From Octopus vulgaris (lineage: Eukaryota): a stretch of DNA of 64,000 nucleotides. Where the stretch lies: the NCBI GenBank assembly GCA_951406725.2, contig OX597824.1:88102001-88166000 (forward strand), given 5' to 3'. Position numbers and translations under genes: made by a program. Every line of letters begins with the position of its first letter. Positions within the stretch are counted from its first letter, which is position 1. Below, piece by piece: positions 1-12,670 of the stretch. Below the pieces are notes generated by a model. The model was given only the letters and a program-made list of their open reading frames with translations. It did no database searches and was not told where the DNA came from.

Positions 1-410
<410 letters not shown>

Positions 411-1126
411 ATGCATATAAGCAGGCATACTCAAAGTAACCTTACTGATGAAGCTAGAAATATCAGTGATAGCAAGCAATCCCTCTTTTACTATAAAGCA
501 AAAGAACAAGTGAGGGACCTTCTATATGATTACCTGACCTGCTACAAATAACAGCCAAAAACTCCCTCAAAAAAAACTGCACGTTTTCTTAATAAAAAGA
601 ACACATAGGGTACTCTAGACCAAGATACATTATACCTGCAAAATTTAATGGGATGGTCAAGGCCGGAGTGCTTTAGATGAAGGATCTTCTTGGCTATAGT
701 TGATGTAGGACAAAGCAATAACAACAAACCAGTCTACCTTAACATGTATAAGTGATGCTCAATGTAGCAGTGACATATATCAAGACAGCAAAGCGAGGAT
801 TATAACTGAAGTATTTCCATTTCTTTATCACGCTAATCTAATTCATTGTAAGTGTAAATGGCATCGGTGTGTAAAGAAAAATTATGCGGCTTCATATAAT
901 TAGGTTTTAGAGCTTTCAGCTTGCTGTGTGGGTGGAGAGATATACTTTGAAGAATCAGACACGAGTACTCAGTTCATTGATTCTTCAGGTTATATACACT
1001 GTATAGACTGTATACATACCTGAATTACTATACATAGGATAGTGTATATATGTATACAAATATATATATACATGCATATATATATATATGTGTGTATATA
1101 TATGTATGTATACATATATATATGCA

Positions 1127-1213
<87 letters not shown>

Positions 1214-1254
1214 GTATACATATATATGCATATATGTATACATATATATGCATA

Positions 1255-1283
<29 letters not shown>

Positions 1284-1285
<2 letters not shown>

Positions 1286-1508
1286 TCTTTTGTTCTTTTA
1301 CTTGTTTCAGTCATTTGACTGCAGCCATGCTGGAGCACTGCCTTTAGTCGAACAAATCGACCCAAGGACTTATTCTTTATAAGCCTAGTACTTATTCTAT
1401 TAGTCTCTTTTGCCGAGCTGCTAAGTTACGGGGATGTAAACACACCACCATCAGTTGTCAAGTGATGTTGGGAGGGACAAACACAGACACATAAATGTAT
1501 ACACACGC

Positions 1509-1583
<75 letters not shown>

Positions 1584-1744
1584 TACGACAGGCTTCTTTC
1601 AGTTTCCGTCTACCAAATCCACTCACAAGGTTTTGGTCAGCCCAAGGCTATAGTAGAAGACACTTGTCCAATGTGCCCTGCAGTGGGACTGAACCCGGAA
1701 CCATGTGGTTTGTAAGCAAGCTACTTACCACACAGCTACTCCTA
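1284..1744 (-). mobile_element. tRNA-derived SINE family A (CORE-like segment, internal TA/CA microsatellite)
   Basis: Minus-strand head with A/B-box-like GGTTCAGTCCC, a CORE-like segment (CACCTTGGGCAAGTGTCTT in better-preserved copies) and 3' end ...GACTGAAACAAGTAAAAGAA; many homologous copies in the window. Confidence 0.85.
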
Positions 1745-2209
1745 TATCATTGAATCTATCTATCCATCTATTCACCCATCTATCCATTTACCATTTACCC
1801 ATGGATATACACTCACAGTCACAAACAAAATGAATTATATATACATTTGCATGTGCCTACATGCATGTATGTGTGTGTGTGTGTATATATATATTTAATG
1901 TAGGATAAAAGTTTTTTGAAAAAAATTTTATCAATGGCCAGCATATTAAAAAAATACCTTTAAAGGTTAAAATTATAAACAACTTATAAATAAGGGCAAA
2001 CGTAAAAAAGAAAATAATAATTTTGAAAAATTGTATGGTTATGGACAATATGTCCAATGTTCGGCATATTTGGCATTAGGAATTTTTTGTTTGCCCTTAT
2101 TTATAAATTATATATATATGTCTGTGTGTGTATGTCTATATATATAAATATATATATATAAATGCATATATGTATGTATGCATGTATGTGTATATATATA
2201 TATGCATGT

Positions 2210-3100
2210 GTGCAAACAGCCATGCTATGTTGCTACATTGCAGAGAAACATGGGCTGTGACTGCTGAGGACTTGCGTAAACTTGCAAGAAATGAAGCTAG
2301 TATGCTCTGCTGGATGAGTAATGTCAGTGTGCATACACAACTGGTAAAGTTAGACATGAGAAGCTTCAGATGTGGTGTGCAAGAGAGACAACTATGCTGG
2401 TATGGTCGTTTGTTGTGCATGGATGAGGACAGCTGTGAGAAAAAGTGTCACACCCTAGCAGAAGAGGAAACCTGTGGAAGAGGTAGACCCAGGAAGGCAT
2501 GGGATGAGGTGGTGAAGCATGACCTTCGAATGTTGGGCCTCACAGAGGCAATGACAACTGACCGAGACCTTTGGAGATATGCTGTGCTTGAGACGACCTG
2601 ACAAGTCAAGTGAGATCGTAACCATGGCCTATGCCAGTGCAGCATAACCAGCCCATTTAAGAGTACCCTTCAATCATTGGGCAATAAACTGTGCTTGCAA
2701 AGACCTGTTGAGTCAAGTGAAGTCATTGTTGTGGCCAATACCAGAACTGCCTGAGAGACACCCCTGCTGGTGGCACATAAAAACCATTCGAGCATGGTCA
2801 ATACCAGTGCTGCTCGACAGGTCCTGTGCTTGTAGCACAAAAACAGCACTATTTGAGAGTAGTCATTGCTAGTGTTGCCTGACTGGCTCTCATGCTGGTG
2901 ACACATAAAAAGCACCATTCGAGCATGGTGAATGCCAGTACTGCCTGACTGGCCGTCGTGCCGGTGGTATGTAAAAAACACCCACTACACTCTCAGAGTG
3001 GTTGGTGTTAGGAAGGGCATCCAGCTGTAGAAACCTTGCCATTTCAGAATGGAGCCTGGGTGCAGCCTTCAGGCTTGCCAGTCCTCAGTCAAACCAGCCA
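2210..3100 (+). mobile_element. RTE-clade LINE 3' fragment (ORF C-terminus plus tandem-repeat 3' UTR)
   Basis: ETWAVTAEDLRKLARNEASML...RQLCWYGR...GRGRPRKAWDEVV...DRDLWR to the stop at 2601, followed by a UTR with ~55-60 bp GGTGGCAC(A/G)TAAAA repeats. Confidence 0.85.
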
Positions 3101-3119
3101 AGCCATATATATATGTATA

Positions 3120-3292
3120 GCCACTACACACATTTTTTTTCTCTCCTTGTTTTTTCTGTGTCCCTTTCTGTAGAAGAGCGTAGGCTCAAAACGTAAAAGA
3201 CTTTTTTCAATTCCTGAGCGTTATACTAATACATCTGTTTGTTTTGTACACCACCTGTCTTTGTCTTTTGTTTTTTTCTTAAACTCTCCCTA
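3120..3292 (+). mobile_element. Short (TA)n-flanked repeat, Penelope-like pLTR remnant with decayed hammerhead motif
   Basis: Homologous to 39652-39845 (minus); CTTT-CTGTAGA-A-GAGC-GTAG-GCTC-AAAA-CGTA-AAAG at 3164-3199. Confidence 0.6.
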
Positions 3293-3305
3293 TATATATA
3301 TATGA

Positions 3306-3505
3306 GAAGAAAATGGATAAAATAACAATGGGAAACTCGTGGTTTTCGCTGGTATGTCTTTAATTAAATAGGTAACAAAGAAGGAAGAAGCAGAGACGAG
3401 GGTAGCTAACCTCATCTCTGCTTCTTCCTTTTTTGTTACCTACTTAATCAAAGACATACCAGTGTAAACCATGAGTTTCCCATTGTTATTTTATCCATTT
3501 TCTTC
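3306..3505. repeat. Fold-back inverted repeat (~100 bp arms)
   Basis: GAAGAAAATGGATAAAATAACAATGGGAAACTC... is mirrored by ...GAGTTTCCCATTGTTATTTTATCCATTTTCTTC; centre near 3405. Confidence 0.9.
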
Positions 3506-3666
3506 CCCTATATAACCTAAACTCCAGTTTACCAAACAAACCACATGCTACCGTACAACCTTGCAAAAGACTGTACCTACTCAGGTAATAGCCAGGAGTG
3601 ACTCTAGATTTAATTGTCCCTTAGAGGTATTAAGCCCTTCTTACTTGTTACCTATATATATATACT

Positions 3667-3756
<90 letters not shown>

Positions 3757-4139
3757 CATAAGAGAGCAAAGTGTATGTATGACGCTATATATATATATAT
3801 AAAATACAAAATGGGACAAGAAGGTAAAACATCCGGACAGCTAGATGACACAAAAAGGAACAACAAAACATCCAGATAGAAGACACAAAGAAAACAAGGA
3901 CGGGTCATTCGAAGCCCTCTATCAGTCAAGAACCAGATTATCCTCACAATCTCGGCTGATTATTCTTAAGATTGCTCCAATCTGGCCAGTCCCAAGGAAA
4001 AACTAAGCTAAGAGCATCAGATTCCTTGGAAGAAGCAGCGAATGTATACGAAAACAAGGATGGAAAAAACGATACACACACACATATATACATATGTATC
4101 ACACACACATACACGCACACACAGACATATATATATAAA

Positions 4140-4266
4140 AGTATTTAGGAAGAGCATCCAGCCGTAGAAACCAAGGCAAATGAGACTGGAACCTGGTGCA
4201 GCTCTCCAGCCTTGCCAGCTCTGGTGAAACCATTCATTCCATGCCAGCATGGAAAACGGTCATTAA

Positions 4267-4350
<84 letters not shown>
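4140..4350 (+). mobile_element. RTE LINE 3' terminus with (GAT)n tail
   Basis: GGAAGAGCATCCAGCCGTAGAAACC...CATGCCAGCATGGAAA...(GAT)n, the same terminus as other copies. Confidence 0.8.
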
Positions 4351-4352
<2 letters not shown>

Positions 4353-4385
4353 ATACATATATGTATATAAGCACATATGTGTCAG

Positions 4386-4436
<51 letters not shown>

Positions 4437-4757
4437 ATATATGTGTGTGTGAGTGTGTGTATAAGTATACGCTTATAATATATTTGAATAATGCTATGCA
4501 GTTTAAGTAATTGAGAAGACAGATTACTGGACGACTGTCATGAGATCATGCAAATCCTTTAAGCAAAGCGCATGACTATGTTGCCTCAGTCTGGAATCAC
4601 TTTGGAAAGGATAATTACACTTCCATCAAGATTGCTATCACTGTAAATTACTTGCTCTGTTTAAAACAGTCTGTGCTGAACCACTGAGGTCAAAAAGATA
4701 TGCTGTAATCAAATGCAAGAAACATGTACACTAGTCAGCATCCAGTTGATGGATTAA

Positions 4758-5412
4758 CCCTTCCATTACTGTATTTATTTTGTGATGTTCTGTGTTTCTC
4801 TCAATTACTTTAAATATAACAAAGAATTTAGTAAAATAACTTAGTTATCGTTCAGTTAGTGTTAGGAACATAAACTGTGACTAAGGTTTGGTGGAAGGTT
4901 TTAATTCAGAACTTATGGAAACAAGACATTTTACCACAGAGCCAGAGCCAGTCTCAGCCAGGTTGGTAAAGAAACAACTAGAATAAAATATAAAATAAAT
5001 AAATAAAAATAAAAGGGAACCCCTGCTTTTGATAAACTGAATAACTGTAATAATATTTCCCTGCCCAAACTGAAAATCTGAAGGTGAGCTGAAGCTTTTG
5101 GAAGCCAAAGAATGGATAAGGATTTCCAGCAGCATATGGTTTTCGCTCTTGCTGGTCAACAGTTCCTGACAACTCTCAAAGAGATGATTGACCCTTTCGT
5201 TACTGTATTTATTTTGAAATGATCTATGTTTCTCTCAATTACTTTTAATATAACAAAGAATTTTGTAAAGTAACTTAGTTATCATTCAGCTAGTGTTAGG
5301 AACATAAATTGTGACTAAGGTTTGGTGGAAGATTTTAATTCAGAACTTATGAAAACAAGACATTTGTACTACAGAGCCAGAGATGGTTTCAGCCGGGTTG
5401 GTAACGAAAGGG
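4758..5412 (+). mobile_element. Composite piggyBac-like unit (MITE - spacer - MITE)
   Basis: TTAA at 4754-57 and 5413-16; the second MITE (5192-5412) has a perfect TIR CCCTTTCGTTAC/GTAACGAAAGGG. Confidence 0.8.
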
Positions 5413-5552
5413 TTAAATGCACCTCTACATTTGGGCTGATGCACATTAGAAGTAATTGGAAGGGTGTGAATTGAAGGAAATTTAGGCTATTATTTCTTGC
5501 ATATAGAGTGACCACATTGAGGTCTCTTCTTATGTCTTCTGCTGATTCTTAA

Positions 5553-6075
5553 CCCTTTCATTACCATATTTCTGTTGAGATGCTCTGTGTTTCTTTCAAT
5601 TGATTTTAAATATAACAAAGAATTTAGTAAAATAACTTAGTTGTCATTAAGCTAATGTCAGGAACATAAATTGTGACTAAGACTTTAATTCAAAACTTAT
5701 GAAAACAAGACATTTGTACTACAGGACCAGAGCCAGTCTCAGCCAAGTTGGTAAAGAAACGGTTAAATGACTAGAATAAAATATAAAATAAATAAATAAA
5801 AATAAAAGGGAACCCCTGCTTTTAAGAAACTGAGTATCTGTAATAATATTTCCCTTCCAAAACTGAAAATCTGAAGGTGAGATGCTCTGTGTTTCTTTCA
5901 ATTATTTTAGATGTTACAAAGAATTTAGTAAAATAACTTAGTTATTATTAAGCTAGTGTTAGGAACATAAATTGTGACTAAAGTTTGGTGGAAGATTTTA
6001 ATTCAAAACTTATGAAAACAAGACATTTGTACTACAGAGCCAGAGCTGGTTTCAGCCGGGTTGGTAACAAAAGGC
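5553..6075 (+). mobile_element. Composite piggyBac-like unit, internally deleted copy
   Basis: TTAA-CCCTTTCATTAC start, TTAA at 5763 and 6076; same MITE body and a truncated spacer. Confidence 0.75.
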
Positions 6076-6135
6076 TTAAAGAATACTTATACAAACATCA
6101 ATGTGTGTATATGAGTGTATGTACACAGACATATA

Positions 6136-6357
6136 CAAAAGGGGTGTTGAAAAGTTCCTGGCTTTGAGTAAAAGGAAAAACAGGATCAATTAATTATGGT
6201 TTTATTCAAAGTATTTCCCTCACAGATTCACACACTTATTGCAGAGGTCGTTCAGTTTTTCTTAGCCATGTAAAAGAACTCAGAACTCGGAAGGTTGGGC
6301 CTCCAGTCACGCATTTCGTGATTCCCTTAAAGCCAGGGTCTTTCTGGCATCCCCTCA
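6136..6357. mobile_element. Tc1/mariner-type MITE
   Basis: TIR-like GGGGTG(C/T)TGAAAAGTTCCTGGCTTT with TA flanks; related copies at 6666-6882, 7040-7205 and 56088-56303. Confidence 0.75.
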
Positions 6358-6374
6358 TATTCTTTTATTCTTCT

Positions 6375-6579
6375 ATTCTTTTACTTGTTTCAGTCATTTG
6401 ACTGTGGCCATGCTGGAGCACTACCTTTAGTCAAACAAACTGACCCCAGGACTTATTCTTTGTAAGCCTAGTACTTATTCTATCGGTCCCTTTTGCTGAA
6501 CTGCTAAGTTATTGAGACATACACACACCAGCATTGGTTGTCAAGTGAGTGTGGGGGGGGGGACAAATACAGACATGCA

Positions 6580-6580
<1 letters not shown>
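6375..6580 (-). mobile_element. SINE family A 3' half
   Basis: TTTTACTTGTTTCAGTCATTTGACTG...GGACAAATACAGAC, matching 1284-1490. Confidence 0.8.
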
Positions 6581-6636
<56 letters not shown>

Positions 6637-6665
6637 ACACATTCACACTCACACATATATACAGA

Positions 6666-6882
6666 TGAAGAGGTGCTGAAAAGTTCCTGGCTTTGAGTAA
6701 AAGAAAATACAGGAGGATCAGTTAATTATGATTTTATTCAACATATTCCCTTCTCAGATTCACACACATATTGCAGTGGTCCTTCAGTTTTTCTAAACCC
6801 TATAAAAGAACTCACAATGTTGGGCCTCCAACCAGGCCTTTCCCAATACCCTTAAAACCAGGAATTTTTCAGCAGTCCATTG
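6666..6882. mobile_element. Tc1/mariner-type MITE
   Basis: GGTGCTGAAAAGTTCCTGG...CCAGGAATTTTTCAGCA inverted ends. Confidence 0.75.
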
Positions 6883-7367
6883 TATGTACATATCTCACAG
6901 ATATACACACATATATGTGTGTATATTTTTGTATCTTTTATATTGTGCTTGTTTCAGTCATTAGACTGAGGTCATGTTGAGGCACCCCTTTGACGAGTTT
7001 TAGCCTAACAAATTGACCCAGGACTTATTTTTAAACCTGGCTGGAAGGCCAACCTTCCAAGTTCTTTTACAGGGTCTGGAAAAACTGAAGGACCACTGCA
7101 ATAAGTGCGCAAATCTGAGAAGGTGATATGTTGAATAAAATCATAATTAACTGATCCTCCTGTATTTTCTTTTTAGCCAAAGCCTGGAACTTTTTCAGCA
7201 CCCCTAACAGACATACATACATACAACACACACACACACACACACACAAACAAAATTACTCTGTTGTTGATGTTGAAATTCCAATGAAGAAGCCTTGGAT
7301 CTAGGTTAGAAACCAATTCTTTCTCTTTTGGCTAGAAATCTTGAAATAAACTGAATAATGACATACA

Positions 7368-8352
7368 TTTGGTGAAGAAGTAGCAAATAAGCACACTGTA
7401 CGTCAAGGGTTTGAAAAGTTCTGGTCTGGTGACTTTACTCTTGAAAATCAGCTTTGTGGTAAGACCTGAGACCAAGGTGGATAATGATGAGCTGGAAACT
7501 GTAGTGGAAGAGGATACATCTCAAATTATGCATGAGTTAGCAGCAAGGTTTGATGTTTCAATTCCAACTGTATTGGACTATCTGAAACAAACTGGCACGG
7601 TAAAGAAGCTGGACAAGTGGGTATCACACGAACTGAATGAGCATCAAATGACATCTCATCTTGAAACTTGCTGTTCTTTGCTGTTATGGCATAAAAATGA
7701 ACCATTTTTGCATCGTATTGTTATGTGTGATGAAAAATGGATTCTTTTCAACAATAGTAAGCATTCTGAATGGTGGTTGGATAGAGAGGAAGTGCCAAAA
7801 CACAATCCAAAAAAGAATATTCACCAAAAAAAAAGCTAATGGTGTCTGTTTGGTGGTCCAGTCCTGGTGTCATCCACTACAGCTTCATGAGACTTGGTAA
7901 GTCAATTACAGTGGATGTATACATCAACCAATTGGATGAAATGATGAATGAACTTGCAATTAAACAACCGATATTGGTTTTTTTGTTCCTTCTCGAACCT
8001 TGCCTGGCTTGTAAGGGCCGGTTACCCGGTTTCCTTGGAGTATAGGTTCCCCACCCGGATGGGACGCCAGGCTGTCGCAGGTGATTTGCAAGATGCAGGA
8101 GGACAGAGTGAGAGAAAATTGTGGTGAAAAAGTCAGCAGAAGTTTGCCATTACCTTCTGCCGGAGCCGTGTGGAGCTTAGATATTTCGCTCATAAAAACA
8201 CACATCGCCCAGTCTGAGATTCAAACCAACGATCCCTCGACCGCAAGTCTGCTTCTCTAACCACTAGGCCATGTGCCTCCACTACTGAGATTGGTCAATA
8301 GAGACAGGCCAATTCTCTTGCAAGGCAAAGTTCGACCACATGTTGCACAAAG
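7368..8352 (+). pseudogene. Mariner (Mos1-like) transposase remnant, frameshifted and SINE-interrupted
   Basis: KLDKWVSHEL (WVPHEL motif), FLHRIVMCDEKW, MVSVWWS..GVIHY, YINQLDEM; resumes after the SINE as LVNRDRPILLQGKVRPH (cf. LLHDNARPH). Confidence 0.92.
7979..8283 (-). mobile_element. tRNA-derived SINE (family C type) inserted in the mariner remnant
   Basis: Minus head GTGGAGGCACATGGCCTAGTGGTTAG; imperfect TSD ACCGATATTGGT (7967-78) / ACTGAGATTGGT (8284-95); homologous to 54686-54987. Confidence 0.85.
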
Positions 8353-8409
8353 AAATGTAGAAAATATGTAAGTAGAAACTCCTTCATATTCTTCCATTGC
8401 AAACCAAAA

Positions 8410-8830
8410 ATGCAAAAAAAGGTGCATTGGAATCTATTGGAATCACACGGAGATTAACAGAGAAAATAGACTTTGTTTGTGTCAGGTGCACAGGATCAAT
8501 AAATGCTAAGAGCACACAGGAAATAGATTTTCTAGAATACCCAGGAGGATCTTTAGAGGTAATAGTTAGTTTCTGTTATTTAGGTGACCTAATTAGCAGT
8601 GGAGGAAGATGTTTTGAAACTATAGTTGCCAGAATATGAACCAACTGGAGAATACAAACTGGCTTCTGTTACTTTTGTTGGCAACAAACCCGCCCCCTCC
8701 CAGCCTCTCTTCTCTCTCTTTCTCTTTCTCAAAGTGAAAAGCAGATTATATAATGGTCGTGTGTGAAAAGCAATGATGCATGGTGGTGAAATGGGGTTTG
8801 TGAATGCAGGGGACAAGTGAAAACTAGAAG
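8410..8830 (+). mobile_element. RTE LINE RT fragment (decayed)
   Basis: LTEKIDFVCVRCTGSIN...LEVIVSFCYLGDLISSGG, paralogous to 15620-16030. Confidence 0.8.
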
Positions 8831-8884
8831 TCATTCAGATAGCAACAAAAACAAGGTTGTTTTTATCCGCATGACAACAATGCC

Positions 8885-9312
8885 TATTTCTTTACTACCC
8901 ACAAGGGGCTAAACACAGAGGGGACAAACAAGGACAGACAAACTGATTAAGTCAATTACATCGACCCCATTTTGCAACTGGTACTTAATCTATCGACCCC
9001 GAAAGGATGAAAGGCAATGTCGACCTCAGCGGAATTTGAACTCAGAACGTAAAGACAGACGAAATACCTATTTCTTTATTACCCACAGAGGGGACAAAGA
9101 AGGACAGACAAACGGATTAAGTCAATTACATCGATCCCAGTGCATAACTGGTACTTAATTTATCAACCCTGAAAGGATGAAAAGCAAAATCGACCTTGGC
9201 GGAATTTGAACTCAGAACGTAAAGACAGATGAAATACCCATTTCTTTACTTTCGGCAGACGAAATACGGCTACGCATTTCACCCGGTGTGCTAACGATTC
9301 TGCCAGCTTGCC
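8885..9312 (-). mobile_element. SINE family B with repeated body modules
   Basis: GACCCCGAAAGGATGAAAGGCAA...GGAATTTGAACTCAGAACGT module present twice, plus the head. Confidence 0.85.
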
Positions 9313-9749
9313 TGACAGCAATACTGTGAAGGCATATATAGCCCAGTGGTTCAATTCCTAGATCAAGCAGAATATTAGGGTCACTGGGCAAGGAAGACAC
9401 TTCATTTAACACTCAGCTGACAACTACAGTGTGGTACCTCACAGACTATTTACCAAAATCTTGCCAATGTAAGGAGCCAACATCCCTTAATGATGATAAG
9501 CAGCAACATTTTAATATCACTGTTAATAGGGTTTTCTAAGGGTTCAGCAAGTATTTTCTCGCCTTGAAGAGGAAAAAAGTCTGTCGTTTGGGGTCAAGCT
9601 TTTGTTAATGTTATGTAGTTTAGGGGGCCATGTGTGCGTGTGTATGATTGTATGCATGTATGTGTGTTTGCGTGTGTATGAATATATCTCGTTTTCATGA
9701 TCATCATCATCACCTAATGTCCATTCTCCATGCTGACAATGAGGGTCAG

Positions 9750-10100
9750 GGGGGGTGGTGGTGGTGGTGGTGAGGATGATGACGAGAAGGATAATGATAT
9801 TGAGGAAGATGATGAGAATAAGGATAATGTCGAAAATGAAGATAACGATGATGACAATAACGACAACGATGATGATGATGATGATGACGATGACGACAAC
9901 GATGATGATGATGACGATGATGACATCATTGACTGTGAAGTAAAAGAAGAAAACAAACAGAATGGAAGATTAGCTAACATCATTAATGAGTGAAGAGCAT
10001 AGTGTTAGGTGGTGGTGGTGGTGGTGGTGGTGGTGGTGGTGATGATGATGATGGTGACGATGACGACGACGATGATGATGATGATGATGATGAGGAGGAG
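9750..10100. repeat. GGT/GAT/GAC trinucleotide low-complexity tracts
   Basis: Direct; gives the poly-D/G/M ORFs. Confidence 0.9.
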
Positions 10101-10411
10101 GAATACATTGCTGTTGAAAGAAGAAACTCTGTCCAAGGCAGACCTTCGCTATTACCGAGCATTCAGAGGAGATTTCGAAGGACTTAATCCATAATTTGAT
10201 AGTTTAATGTAATTATAGCCTGCTTTTATGGAAGGCAGAGCAGCAGCATTAGCATGAAATATTAGATGGGAAGTTCGTCTGATGCAATTAATATTGTATT
10301 GGGAAAAATGGAAGGTGAGTAATTTGGAGAAATAGGAAAAAACAAGTAAGATGGTGGAGTTGGAGCTCTTCTCAAGAATAAGAAATGTGCTTGTCATTAA
10401 TTTAGAAGCTA

Positions 10412-10690
10412 ATGCCGCCTAGACTGGCTTCTGTGCTGGTGGCATGTAAAAAGCACCAACCGATCATGGCCATTACCAGCCTTGCCTGGCACCTGTGCCG
10501 GTGGCACGTAAACGCACCCATTACACACTTTGAGTGGTTGGCGTTAGGAAGGGCATCCAGCAGTAGAAACACTGCCAGATCAGACTGGAGACTGGTGCAG
10601 CCCCTTGACTTTCCAGACCCCGGTCAAACCGTCCAACCCATGCTAGCATGGAAAGCGGACGTTAAACGATGATGATGATGATGATGATAT
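10412..10690 (+). mobile_element. RTE LINE 3' UTR with (GAT)n tail
   Basis: GTGGTTGGCGTTAGGAAGGGCATCCAG...CATGCTAGCATGGAAAGCGGACGTTAAACGATGAT. Confidence 0.85.
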
Positions 10691-10851
10691 ACAGGTCCTT
10701 ATCTTGGTAGTATAGATACAACGTTTTGACCATTATACCTTCCAGCCTTCTAAAAGTGCCTGGTGTATTCAATAATGTTCCGGACATTTGGAACTGAATA
10801 CTGAAGATAACAGGCACTTGAAGAAGGCTGATTTTGTTTTTAACCTTTTAA

Positions 10852-11656
10852 CCCTTTGGTTACTGTATTTATTTTGAGATGCTCAGTATTTCTTTCAGTT
10901 AATTTTAAATATAACAAAGAATTTAGTAAAATAACTTAGTTATCATTAAGCTAGTGTTAGGAACATATATTGTGACTAAGGTTTGGTGGAAGATTTTAAT
11001 TCAGAACTTATGAAAACAAGACATTTGTGCTCAGAGGCAGAGGCAGTTTCAGCCGGGTTGGTAAAGAAACAACTAGAATAAAATATAAAATAAATAAATA
11101 AAAATAAAAGGGAACCCCTGCTTTTAATAAACTGAGTATCTATAATAATATTTCCCTGCCGAAACTGAAAATCTGAAGGTGAGCTGAAGCTTTTGGAAAC
11201 CAAAGAATGGATAAGGATTCCAGCAGCGTATGGTTTTAGCTCTTGCTGGTCAACAGTTCCTGACAACTCTCAAAGAGATGATTGACCCTTTCGTTACTGT
11301 ATTTATTTTGAGATGCTCTGTGTTTCTTTCATTTGCTTTAAATATAACAAAGAATTTAGTAAAATAATTTAGTTATCATTAAGTTAGTGTTAGGAACATA
11401 AATTGTGACTAAGGTTTGGTGGAAGATTTTAATTTTGTAACAGGATGAGAGGTCCCTGCACTGGATGGGTGCAGCTTGCATCCTTTACATTAAATATTAA
11501 TCGAAGAAAGAGTCAAGAATTCCGATTAACTTCAACAGCATAAATATTTTATTTCTGGATTCACAATATATATATTTCTTCCTCTGGGCGAATCGGCAGT
11601 CTAGGAGCTTATCGCAGTACTCAGAGCCAGTTTCAGCCAGATTGGTAATGAAAGGG
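10852..11656 (+). mobile_element. Composite piggyBac-like unit (copy of 4758-5412) with an extra insertion
   Basis: TTAA at 10848-51 and 11657-60; same MITE-spacer-MITE order; foreign segment at 11436-11616. Confidence 0.8.
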
Positions 11657-12124
11657 TTAAAAATCCCTTTTTTTAGCCATTGAAATTACTTGATTTCATT
11701 ATCCTTCATTATTTTGAAAAAAAAAAATGAAAAACAACTTATAATGTAAGCTTTTCTGTTTGTGTTTTTGCTTTCTAACTCTGAGAACTTCACTTTTTTC
11801 CCTTCCTTCTGCTGACATATCTTCTCTTCTTACTGCTATCAAAAGTACCTCTTCACTGTCAGCAATGTACTTCCTTAACCTCTCTACTTCTACTTCCACA
11901 CAGTTTTTTTTACACTTATTAATCTTCTTAAACCATCCTTTCTATTGAAAAACACTCTGTCAACTTCTGCCTGTGGATGTAACCCACTAGATTGTCAGCA
12001 ATTTCCTTGTTTTTCTATTTACATTCTCAAGGTCTTCTTTTGTCCACTTGGCTATTCTAGCACTGTACATGATGATAGATACAGCTCTTGTGTGGATGGC
12101 AGTGATGGTATTTAGACCACTGAA

Positions 12125-12356
12125 GGCGGTGAGCTGGCAGAAACGTTAGTACACCGGGCGAAATGCTTAGCAGTATTTCGTCTGCCGTTACGTTGTGAGT
12201 TCAAATTCCACCGAGGTCGACTTTGCCTTTTATCCTTTCGGGGTCGATAAATTAAGTACCAGTTACACACTGGGGGTCGATGTAATCGACTTAATACCTA
12301 TGTCTGTCCTTGTTTGTCCCCTCTGTGTTTAGCCCCTTGTGGATAATAAAGAAATA
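12125..12356 (+). mobile_element. SINE family B, full length
   Basis: GGCGGTGAGCTGGCAGAAACGTTAG head to AAAGAAATA; 18-bp TSD GGTATTTA(G/T)ACCACTGAA at 12107-24 and 12357-74. Confidence 0.9.
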
Positions 12357-12670
12357 GGTATTTATACCACTGAATTTGAATTTTAGTATTCTTCTTTATC
12401 CTTTGGAAATATTCTTTCCTATCAATATTTTTCATTGCTTTATTCTTTAAACCACCAGTTCCCAAGACTCCCACATATCTATATCAATTATCTGTGTGAA
12501 TCTTCTGCTTTTATTCTTAATTAGGCAGCTTTTATAGTATTTCCTTTTCTTCATTACAAGAGCTCTACCCAAAGAAATTTCAAATTCCATTCTGATATCA
12601 TTGCTAAACACTCTTACAGTATTTGACAAGATCTCCAATTCCCTCTTAGTTCTACTGTATAACTTTTGGT

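Noticed and set aside
445-480. CTGATGA-A-GCTA...TAGC as a hammerhead
   Set aside because: GAAA, stem III and the cleavage site are absent
911-988. AG...GT bounded segment as a coding exon
   Set aside because: Two frames are open, no homology is recognised and the donor is weak; noted only under the hairpin finding
10718-10830. Small fold-back with a hammerhead-like remnant (TTGAAGAAGGCTG; GGTCAAAACGTT on minus)
   Set aside because: The core is too decayed and split between arms to call
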